Origin: Basidiobolus meristosporus CBS 931.73
Lineage: Eukaryota; Fungi; Basidiobolomycota
NCBI GenBank assembly: GCA_002104905.1
Contig: MCFE01000495.1
Coordinates: forward strand, 1-64,000
DNA length: 64,000 nucleotides
Reading direction: 5' to 3'
The position numbers and the translations under genes are program-made. The notes below the pieces were generated by a model, which saw nothing but the letters and a program-made list of their open reading frames with translations, did no database searches and was not told where the DNA came from. Each line of letters opens with the position of its first letter. Within the stretch, counting starts at the first letter, position 1. Shown here piece after piece: positions 48,907 to 58,284 of this stretch.

Positions 48907-49497
48907 ATGAAATACTCCAGTGCCACTCTTCTTGTTGTTCTCTCGGCTGCATTGGCCATCAACGCCACAGTCATGGAACGCTCCTACGACCCAGGCTACA
49001 AAGGCGTGGGCGACTACGATGACTATGATGGCAATGGCAATGGCCATGGAAAGAAATATGGCGGTGGTGGTCGTGGTGGTGACTACGACGACGACTACGA
49101 CGGCAACGGCCGTGGAAAGAAATATGGCGGCGGTGGTGGTGGCGATTACGACGATGACTATGACGGCCATGGTAAAGGAAAGAAGTATGGTGGTGGTGAT
49201 GACTATGACGATGACTACGATGGCCATGGTAAAGGAAAGAAGTATGGCGGTGGTGATGACTACGACGATGACTACGATGGCAATGGCCATGGAAAGAAAT
49301 ATGGTGGTGGTGGTGGCGGTGGAGATTACGATGACGATTATGATGGCCACGGCCGTGGAAAGAAGTATGGTGGTGGCGGCGGTGGTGACTACGACGACTA
49401 TGACGGTCATGGCCGCGGCAAGAAGTATGGTGGTGGTGGTGGCGGTGACTATGATGACTACGATGGCAATGGCCACGCCGGAAAATACAAGTATTAG
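48907..49497 (+). CDS. Secreted Gly/Asp/Tyr/Lys repeat protein, copy B (196 aa, 7 KKY repeats)
   Basis: Same architecture as copy A. ATG at 48907, TAG at 49495-49497. Confidence 0.9.
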   Translation: MKYSSATLLVVLSAALAINATVMERSYDPGYKGVGDYDDYDGNGNGHGKKYGGGGRGGDYDDDYDGNGRGKKYGGGGGGDYDDDYDGHGKGKKYGGGDDYDDDYDGHGKGKKYGGGDDYDDDYDGNGHGKKYGGGGGGGDYDDDYDGHGRGKKYGGGGGGDYDDYDGHGRGKKYGGGGGGDYDDYDGNGHAGKYKY

Positions 49498-49675
49498 TGG
49501 TAGACCTGATTCCTGCGCTATAGATACTAGAACAACTCTACTATACCCAATAAACGCTGTTTACCCTATCATATCTATTGAAAGATCACTCTTATTGTGA
49601 ATTCTGAAGAGTGGCTCAAACAAGTGTAAATAACAATCAGAATCGGGTGATCCGATCGACGCTTCCATGTGAACG

Positions 49676-49775
49676 TCAAACAAACCTTAACAAACATCTG
49701 AGTAGATGCTGAGAACCAATGAAGCTGTTAGGGGTGAGGAGTGTGGATCAAAACCCCATCGTTAGATTTGGTTGA
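49676..49775 (+). repeat. Segment X, middle copy, between the terminator of B and the promoter of C
   Basis: Bounded by TCAAACAAACCTTAAC ... GTTAGATTTGGTTGA (imperfect inverted repeat). Confidence 0.9.
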
Positions 49776-49942
49776 AGTAACCTGTCCAGCCGTACCACCC
49801 TGATCGATCACGCCTCCAGCACTTCGAAATGCAGGATACTGCACACAAAGGGGAGCTTACACTGGATGGATCTACATCCAGGCCATAGTATATATATCCC
49901 TCATAGCTACTTGTGGCAAGACATTCCAATCACTTCTCCAAC

Positions 49943-50659
49943 ATGAAATACTCCAGTGCCACTCTTCTTGTTGTTCTCTCGGCTGCTTTGGCCATCAACG
50001 CCACAGTCATGGAACGCTCTTACGACCCAGGCTACAAAGGCGTGGGTGACTACGATGACTATGATGGCAATGGCAATGGCCATGGAAAGAAATATGGCGG
50101 TGGTGGTGGTGGTGGCGATTATGACGATGACTACGATGGCCATGGTAAAGGAAAGAAATATGGCGGTGGTGGTGGTGGCGATTACGACGATGACTATGAC
50201 GGCCATGGTAAAGGAAAGAAGTATGGCGGTGGTGATGACTACGACGATGACTACGATGGCAATGGCCATGGAAAGAAATATGGTGGTGGTGGTGGCGGTG
50301 GAGATTACGATGACGATTATGATGGCCACGGCCGTGGAAAGAAGTATGGTGGTGGTGGCGGTGGTGACTACGACGACTATGACGGTCATGGCCGCGGCAA
50401 GAAGTATGGCGGTGGTGGTGGCGGTGACTATGATGACTACGATGGCAACGGTCATGGTAAGAAGTACGGTGGTGGTGGCGGCGGTGATCATGATGACTAC
50501 GATGGCAATGGTCACGGCAAGAAGTATGGCGGTGGTGGTGGCGGTGACTACGATGACTACGATGGCAATGGCCATGGTAAGAAGTACGGTGGTGGTGGTG
50601 GTAGTGGTGACTATGATGATTACGACGGCAATGGCAACGGCGGAAAATACAAGTATTAG
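49943..50659 (+). CDS. Secreted Gly/Asp/Tyr/Lys repeat protein, copy C (238 aa, 9 KKY repeats)
   Basis: Same architecture. Start codon lies 1036 bp downstream of copy B. Confidence 0.9.
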   Translation: MKYSSATLLVVLSAALAINATVMERSYDPGYKGVGDYDDYDGNGNGHGKKYGGGGGGGDYDDDYDGHGKGKKYGGGGGGDYDDDYDGHGKGKKYGGGDDYDDDYDGNGHGKKYGGGGGGGDYDDDYDGHGRGKKYGGGGGGDYDDYDGHGRGKKYGGGGGGDYDDYDGNGHGKKYGGGGGGDHDDYDGNGHGKKYGGGGGGDYDDYDGNGHGKKYGGGGGSGDYDDYDGNGNGGKYKY

Positions 50660-51115
50660 TGGTAGACCTGATTCCTGCGCTATAGATACTAGAACAACTC
50701 TACTATACCCAATAAACGCTGTTTACCCTATCATATCTATTGAAAGATCACCCTTACTGTGAATTCTGAAGAGTGGCTCAAACAAGTGTAAATAACAATC
50801 AGAATCGGTTGGTCCGATCGACGCTCCGATGTGAACACCAACCAAACCTAACGATGGGGTTTTGGTCCACACTCCCCACCCCTAACAGCTTCATTGGTTC
50901 TCAGCATCTACTCAGATGTTTGTTAAGGTTTGTTTGACGTTCACATGGAAGCGTCGATCGGATCACCCGATTCTGATTGTTATTTACACTTGTTTGAGCC
51001 ACTCTTCAGAATTCACAATAAGAGTGATCTTTCAATAGATATGATAGGGTAAACAGAGTTTATTGGGTATAGTAGAGTTGTTCTAGTATCTATAGTGCAG
51101 GAATCAGGTCTACCA
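50660..51115. repeat. Tail-to-tail palindrome: about 178-bp terminator arms around inverted segment X (50838-50937)
   Basis: 50660-50837 is the reverse complement of 50938-51115 with several mismatches. The spacer is X in reverse orientation. Confidence 0.93.
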
Positions 51116-51841
51116 CTAATACTTGTATTTTCCGCCGTTGCCATTGCCGTCGTAATCATCATAGTCACCACCACCACCACCACCACCGTACTTCTTACCA
51201 TGGCCATTGCCATCGTAGTCATCGTAGTCACCGCCACCACCACCGCCATACTTCTTGCCGTGACCATTGCCATCGTAGTCATCATAATCACCGCCGCCAC
51301 CACCACCGTACTTCTTACCATGACCGTTGCCATCGTAGTCATCATAGTCACCGCCACCACCACCGCCATACTTCTTGCCGCGGCCATGACCGTCATAGTC
51401 GTCGTAGTCACCACCGCCACCACCACCATACTTCTTTCCTTACGCATGGCCATCATAGTCGTCATCATAATCGCCGTCGCCACCACCACCGCCATACTTC
51501 TTTCCATGGCCATTGCCATCGTAGTCATCGTCGTAGTCACCACCACCACCACCGCCACCATACTTCTTTCCTTTACCATGACCGTCATAGTCGTCATCGT
51601 AATCGCCACCACCACCACCGCCATATTTCTTTCCACGGCCGTTGCCATCGTAGTCATCGTCGTAGTCACCACCATCACCGCCGCCGCCATATTTCTTTCC
51701 ATGGCCATTGCCATTGCCATCATAGTCATCGTAGTCACCCACGCCTTTGTAGCCTGGGTCGTAAGAGCGTTCCATGACTGTAGCGTTGACGGCCAAAGCA
51801 GCCGAGAGAACAACAAGAAGAGTAGCGCTGGAGTACTTCAT
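51116..51841 (-). pseudogene. Repeat-protein copy D with an in-frame premature TAA at codon 134 (truncated gene or pseudogene)
   Basis: GGT AAA of paralog A reads GCG TAA at 51440-51445. The frame continues through further repeats to GKYKY-TAG at 51116. Confidence 0.75.
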
Positions 51842-52168
51842 ATTGAAAGAGTTGGAATGATTAGCTAGAAACGGTCACCGCCGGCTTATATATTGTGTAT
51901 GGATGCGGATGGATGCGGATGGATGCGGATGAATGCGGCGAACTCATTCAAACCACATGTAAAGCGAGCAAAATTTAAGGGTGCCAAACATGGCTCAAAT
52001 TACGGTGATCTTGTAGGAGTGCAGCATGATCCGCTGTATGCACCATGTTGATCGAAAAATGCTGTCCCATGCAGTATTGTTAGTCCTATACAGTGACACC
52101 ATAGTAGGTGCAGATCTCCCTGAGTCTGCGATGTGAATCAAATCCAGTGGAGATCTGACTCCAGCATT

Positions 52169-52248
52169 GCCATCCAAACAAACCAGGATGTGCGACGATG
52201 CATATGCCATCCAAACAAACCAGGATGTGCGACGATGCATATGCCATT
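52169..52248. repeat. 37-bp tandem duplication
   Basis: GCCATCCAAACAAACCAGGATGTGCGACGATGCATAT twice, plus a partial third unit. Confidence 0.9.
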
Positions 52249-52328
52249 CAAATGAAGGCAGGCTCTTGACCAGATGAATACACGTGACAAAGATTTATTT
52301 ACGAGATGTGATGAAGAATGGTACAGTG

Positions 52329-52787
52329 CTAGTTAGTACATTGAGTGAAGTTCCCTTTGGGGTCTGGTGTGAGTTTGAAGACGGGGGTTTGGGAGTAACA
52401 GTCCATATCTTGGCCGGGAGTGCTGGAGTAAACCCTGATATAGTACTCGCCATCACGTTGCAGGCAGAGTGGCACGCTGAGTGTGAAGGGGAGCTGGCCG
52501 TTGGAGACGCTTACCCCTGGATAGCTGCGGTACTGTGTATGCAGGAATTGGTGATCCTTCGCGCTAAACAGGTCCACCTCTCGAATGGTGGTCACTTGGG
52601 AGTCGGCAGAGGTCCATTTCACAATGACTTTATCGTTGGAAGAGAACGTCGATGGCTTCGGACCAGCAGCGTGCTCAAGAGAGCTGACCGCCCAACCGTT
52701 GCATTGGCTAGGCGACCCAACAGGAGCAGCAGTCGCGCCAGCGGCAAGAGCAATGGCAATGGGAATGGATGCTGTAGAGAATTTCAT
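52329..52787 (-). CDS. Small secreted protein, 152 aa, Kre9/Knh1 N-terminal (Ig-like) domain-like, 4 Cys
   Basis: Signal peptide MKFSTASIPIAIALAAGATA; beta-rich pattern VIVKWTS...EVDLF...FTLSVP...DGEYYIRVYS...CYSQTPVFKL. No GPI tail. Confidence 0.75.
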   Translation of the reverse strand: MKFSTASIPIAIALAAGATAAPVGSPSQCNGWAVSSLEHAAGPKPSTFSSNDKVIVKWTSADSQVTTIREVDLFSAKDHQFLHTQYRSYPGVSVSNGQLPFTLSVPLCLQRDGEYYIRVYSSTPGQDMDCYSQTPVFKLTPDPKGNFTQCTN

Positions 52788-53501
52788 ATGGATATTTTTA
52801 CTGCTCCATCCAACCCACCGGGCCGATATATATAGTGACAACCATGGTGTCTAGGGTTACCAATTTTGCCTTCGGTGACTAAGCCTTTGCTGCAGAAACC
52901 CAAATCAGGCATAAGTTACGCAAGTATTAGCAGGGTTAGGGCCACTATGTAATGGGTGCCTTATTTGGACTGTTGACTGTTTGTTACCAGCGTAACCTGG
53001 CCACCCAGCACCAGCAACCTCCCAGGTGCTGATTGGCTATTGCTTGGGAACAACCGAGTGCTCTTGGCACTAGTCCTTGGATGGCTATGTATCAGTGCAA
53101 TTAAACGTCGTAAGGTTTGGTGCAAGTGGCTGTTAAGCCAATTTCAGCTAGGCTTCGGGTTATTCTTAGCTGCCAATCACGGATGGCAAGTAGGGGACAG
53201 GAAAGATGAAAGTAGTGTACATGGTTCAGAAGGAAGTATGGGGCATAAGCAATGACTGGTGTTATTTCATCTAGGTGGGTGCTCCGGCTAAGCCATGATT
53301 CACCTGACTATCTAGGCATCTTCACGACGTTTTTCGTTCTTGAAAATAGCTGCATTATTATTATATATTATTGACCGAGGCAGGCTTAGCATTATACTGA
53401 TAAAGCATCACCCACTTCCACAGATAAGGATTTCTCAGTGTACTGTTATCATCACGTAGACTTCGGCGTGTCTATGACTGCATCAAGGATTCCTTTTGCG
53501 A

Positions 53502-54031
53502 TTATTGGACACATCCAAGATGGCTCTCAGGAAACTCCAGGATCTCCTTATCTAGGCTTTTCGAGAGGGCCTCGCTCACTGCATAAATCATCTTCACTGG
53601 GAAGTCGTGGCCGCACGCTAGAACAAACTTCTCGGAGCGTTTGGACAGCATAACAAGGTCGAGATTCACGCTGGAGTACTGGTGCGTCTCACGCTTGATC
53701 CTGTATTTGGAATTGGTCACAGCAGTGGGATCAGTGGTTGTCATCGATGCTGGATAAGCAAATGAGCGTCCTTGGCGTCGGTTATCAAGCGACTAGTATC
53801 ATGTGAGTCTACCGTTTCGTTTTCTTCCGTGGTCTTGAGCAAACTACAGGAGCACCCACGTTGGTCGTAGGTCACTACAGTATAGTGATGCTCGGCTAGA
53901 CCTTGGAATATTCCCGCTTCACCGTTAGCGCCTAGAATAAGGACAAGAAGGGCCTCTCTCCAACTGTATTGTAATGGAGGTCCGCACCAGGGACTTGTAT
54001 TGGGGATGATGTCATAGGGGAGAGAGTACAT
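53502..54031 (-). pseudogene. Alpha/beta-hydrolase pseudogene with the central region missing
   Basis: N-terminal LVLILGANGEAGIF...HYTVVTYDQRG and C-terminal FVLACG...EILEFPESHLG lie in different frames. No GxSxG nucleophile segment between them. Confidence 0.65.
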
Positions 54032-54833
54032 TAGTACACAAAATTGCGACTGAGATTGCCGTTTCTAAGAGCTTTATACTAGGTTACGGCCAGTGATAAC
54101 TCCCTAAATCAATACATCACAATTTGCCTCCGAACAGCTGACATCATGACTGGAAAGTAGTGGATTTTCACCCAGGTCTCGCCTCCGTTGGCATCCACGA
54201 CACATCTAAACAGTCCATCTCCGTTATAACCAACAGCATACACACAAGGATTCCCAGCTATGCAACCACCAACAATCGCGCCATGTGCGAGAGTGCCCAA
54301 CGTTCTTTGAAAGCTCAAGTGTCTAGTAGTTTCGATTTAACGTCCACTCCACCCCCACCAATATTCTCTTACAGTGCTTGTGCTTTCAAATTGATTCAGC
54401 AGTGATGTTACTTGGAGATCTCAAGTCCAAAATATCCAAGGTGCGAGTTCTCCTATACAGTAACATTGTAGCATCCCTAAGAGCTTCGAGCCAGTTGAAA
54501 TCTCGCATCACACTACTTGGTCACGTATCTTATAAATCTACAGTCAAATTTCTGGCTTTATATATTATTCTGACCATGAGATATTAATATGAATACATGC
54601 TCTGCTCTCAACAATGATGAATTTGAAGCCAGCAGTCTAGCATGAAATATATCTAGTTGATAGTGAGCCAATAAGGAAAGTTTATTCTTAACCAACATCA
54701 GCGTGCTGCTTAGTGTATGTATTCTACTAGATGGCATCTGTTTGATTTGGATCATCACTTGCTTTTAAGGTTCGCATCTTTCATTCGTTTGCTAGACTTA
54801 TCGCTCAAGGGCCACATCTGTTACTAACATACC

Positions 54834-56286
54834 TCATTGCAAGGGAAGTTGTCTTGGTGAACCGATGACAAATCCATTTGGCTCGTGGCAAATGGTTGCA
54901 GGATTTGCTAATTTTGCTTCAGGGTCTTCGCAACTTGTGGAGCGGACGCCAATCACTTCTTGGTCACTGTAGACATTCCGCATCCAGTGAAATTGATTAA
55001 AGCCTGGGTGGACCATGTTCACAACATCCTCCAGGGCAGCATCCGGCATGGCCGTAGCATAGGTACCCCATCCGGAGGACCGGTCTTCACGGAAGATTGC
55101 CTTGTTCTTGATAAAATTGAGCTGTGTGTCGGACTCATTCAAACGGTAGAAATTTAGAACGTTCTCAGCAGTTAGACTACGGCCGAAGGTAAGACGACCG
55201 AACCTGCCGAGGTCATGGCTAGTTTCATCGATTAGAATGTCCACATCTTTAAGGACCTCACGAGCATCAGCTATCTTATATGCAAATAAACTAGCTGTCC
55301 GTTCAGGATGGTAGACGTCCGTAGGCTCCATATCAGTAAAACTGAGGCTACCCTCAGCCATTCTCTGCAGATCCACTGCCGCATAACCATACGTAGTCCT
55401 GCTGTTGTTTTTCTGAGTAGCATGAATGGAGTCTATATCGATCATGGTAGCACCAGCATCAGTTGTCAGGTTTACTTTGTATGGGGTCATAGAGATTTCG
55501 ATATAGGTTTCACCGTTTCTTTCGAAAACCCCCGTCCAAGCAATCACTGGTTTAGGATACTTAGCGTTCGTTGCAGCCCTCTCCTTGATACAATGGTAGT
55601 TGTGCATCATATCTCTGGCGATCACAGCAGCCTTCTCCTCCAAGTTGAAGAAGGTTGCGTAAAATCTCAACCATTCGGCCGATTCCTGAACATCCGAGTC
55701 TTCCGAACGCTGAGTCTGGATGGTCTTTTCTTCAAAACTGGATTCGTCGAAGGTTGGATAATCGCCCACTGTGTTCATCGAGTAGAGAAAGTCTTGAGGA
55801 AATGAAGAGATCTTTCTATCGCGATAGAGCCTTTGTATGCAGGAAGATGGAGCGGAATGCGCCCACCCAACATACGCAATCCGATCACGTAGTCCAAACA
55901 TCTAAACGAAGTAACTCAGCTGAAATCCAGCGGTGGTAGAGGACGTATCAGCACTCACCTCAATAAATGGGAGTGCGCTTAAGCTCTTCACGCCTATTCC
56001 GTTGAGCGGGACTTCGAAGAAAAGATCGCGTGGGCTTGCCGGCTGTGGCTTCGGAGTGTCACGTTGGTACAGGACAAAAGTTTGGTTGGTGATTCTGTTA
56101 TGTACATATTTATGGTCCGAATGATATTCGACTGTGAACACTGTATCAAGGGAAATGTCAAAGGACAGGTCAGAAAGTGTTTCGGCGGGACTCTTTACCT
56201 TGTGTGCTGTTACGATCGACTTGCTTGGCAAGAGAGCCCAGGAACCCGCAGGCCAGCAGTAAAGTGACAACGCTGAGCAGGGACAT
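54834..56286 (-). CDS. Secreted substrate-binding protein, BtuF/FhuD-type fold, CBA1-like, 445 aa; exons 56286-56199, 56140-55959, 55901-54834
   Basis: Two GT-AG introns (58 and 57 nt) join signal peptide MSLLSVVTLLLACGFLGSLA to FTVEYHSDHKYVHNRITNQTFVLYQRDTPKP, FEVPLNGIGV...LPFIEMFGL and SAEWLRFYATFFNLEEKA. Confidence 0.8.
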
Positions 56287-57081
56287 GGCTATTGAGAGAG
56301 ATAGCAGCATAATTTCTTTCGGGAAGCTTAAATATATTCTATTGGCCGCATAATCTATCTAGCGTTAGCAAATAGTACCTATTCGAGAATGATATGCCAA
56401 AATATTGGGTTGGGGTAACGTGCTTATGGTAAGGCACGCATGGTAGTTTGATGCTATTTTGAGTGGCTGCACATGTGAATATCCATCAATACAAAGGGGT
56501 AACTCGTATGAATGAAAGCACTGTAGGATGAGAGTGCCCAGGAACTATTAGCATCATCGATATGGGCTTCGTTATTCGTAGATAAGCAGATGCTGTAGCA
56601 AGGTTTTGGGAAGTACTAGCAGATTTGCATGATATTTGCCAGTCAATATATTGAGCTCGTGGTGGCTTAACATTGACAAGTACATCGTTCGTATCTTTGG
56701 GGCAATAAAAAGAAGCAAGGACTTGGTGAATTTCTATATCCGAGTTAGCACTGACACATTCCAAACTCTAATGTGTCGCCGGTACTAATCCCACCAATCG
56801 CTTTGGAGCACAATTGGAGTGGGATTTCCATCGAATGCATCCATGGCACAATAATTTTACAATGGTTTAACGCTCTTTCCTATATTCATTGTACTCACCA
56901 TAATGCCATACTCGAGACGATCACACCAACCAGCGTTAATTGGAACATGGCTTTTAAAGGATAATCTAATGGACTGAACCATAGTTTATAGGACCAAGCG
57001 AACGAATCGATCAGATAAATTGGGGGAAAGCGTCGTTGATCGCTATATAAATGTCTTGGAGTGCTACGGGTGCATGCAAAG

Positions 57082-58284
57082 ATGTGGCTTTTTTTCTCCC
57101 TCATCTTGCTTGCGTTTTCCGTAGGCATCAATGCCGATGCCATAGACATGTGGGTGAACCCCAGTCAGAACAAGAAGATCACCGGCTTTTATTCAAGCCT
57201 AGAGATCCCCACTGGGTTTGACCCACCCACGACCTATTGGTGTGTAGCTGGCTGGCATCTCGGATACTATGGCGTCCAAAAGGGTTCCGATGGATCACAC
57301 ATACTAATCATGTCTGAATGGAACGATGGGAGCAAATCTCCAGCAATTGAGCGTTCTATTCCTCACGGCGAGATCTCCCAATGCGAGGAGAATTGCCCCG
57401 AAGGTGCCATGGCACATGTGCTTATCCCAGGGCATGCTTGGAGGACTGGAGTGAAATACGACTTCAAGCTCGAAGTGGATTTCAACGGAACAAACGAGAT
57501 ATTTCACAGCTATTTGTTCACCAACAATCATTGGAAATTGATAGCTCAAATAGTCGCCCCCAACTATGGACAAGTTGGTTTGGAGAGCGTGTTCCAATTT
57601 CTGGAGAACTGGGAGACCAATGATAATCTGGAGAGAAGAGGAATCTACACCAACCAGCACTTCAGATACGAGGGGGATGAAAGATGGTATCCCGCTGCAA
57701 GCATTTCTCCGTTTAACAACGCCAACGTTGTCCATCCGCACTACTATGCTGATGCTGTACCGTTGGATGAAGGAAATGGGATCATGCTCAAATTGGATGG
57801 GACGGGGCCGCCAGACAAGAACGGTTGGATGTATTATCCGCAGATGCATATCAATGCAAGTAACATGGTACCACCTCAAGAAAACCCACCTCCAATGCAT
57901 GGCAAGCATACTGTCACGGTGGTGGAAACGTATGTTGGCTACAAGCGGTTCACCGACTCCCCCGTCACTACGACCACAACCAAAAAACAATGGCACACCA
58001 ATACATTCGAGCCTACTGTTACCAGATTGGAGACGTTGCTTGACACCACCGTACAGACTCAGATAGTACGCGGAACAAAAACCGAGACCGTGACGTTCGC
58101 GCCATCTGCGGGTATGGAAACCGAGTTTCAGACCATGAATGAGGTAGAAACTGTCACAGATCTGCTGCACCAACGCACCACCACTGTTACGCATTCAACA
58201 GTTGAGGCCCAGGGCTTTACCGTCTTCGAGACGGTGCAGCCTACGATAACCGCGCCTGCTGTCACAGCCACAATTCTAGTCTAA
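57082..58284 (+). CDS. Secreted DUF3472/DUF5077-like beta-domain protein with Thr-rich tail, 400 aa, intronless
   Basis: Signal peptide MWLFFSLILLAFSVGINA; motifs TYWCVAGWHLGYYGVQ, WRTGVKYDF, WKLIAQI, QFLENW...RRGIYTNQ. TATATAAA at 57044. Confidence 0.75.
   Translation: MWLFFSLILLAFSVGINADAIDMWVNPSQNKKITGFYSSLEIPTGFDPPTTYWCVAGWHLGYYGVQKGSDGSHILIMSEWNDGSKSPAIERSIPHGEISQCEENCPEGAMAHVLIPGHAWRTGVKYDFKLEVDFNGTNEIFHSYLFTNNHWKLIAQIVAPNYGQVGLESVFQFLENWETNDNLERRGIYTNQHFRYEGDERWYPAASISPFNNANVVHPHYYADAVPLDEGNGIMLKLDGTGPPDKNGWMYYPQMHINASNMVPPQENPPPMHGKHTVTVVETYVGYKRFTDSPVTTTTTKKQWHTNTFEPTVTRLETLLDTTVQTQIVRGTKTETVTFAPSAGMETEFQTMNEVETVTDLLHQRTTTVTHSTVEAQGFTVFETVQPTITAPAVTATILV

Noticed and set aside
47801-51841. 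YGGG after dibasic sites resembles enkephalin precursors
   Set aside because: Opioid peptides need YGGF. Similarity is expected by chance in Gly/Tyr low-complexity sequence.
47620-51868. Long Thr/Val/Met/Ile-rich ORFs overlapping the repeat-protein genes (for example 47620-48450, 47780-48508, 49956-50762, 51013-51816)
   Set aside because: Shadow frames of the GGT/GAC/TAC codon repeats, which lack stops in alternative frames. Only the Gly-rich frame has a signal peptide, a TATA element and a conserved stop.
54109-54405. Short ORFs with a BNR-like GGETW motif
   Set aside because: A single short motif without start context or continuation.
55308-58194. Antisense ORFs 55308-55805 (+) and 57304-58194 (-)
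   Set aside because: Opposite-strand shadows of the CBA1-like and DUF3472-like genes.
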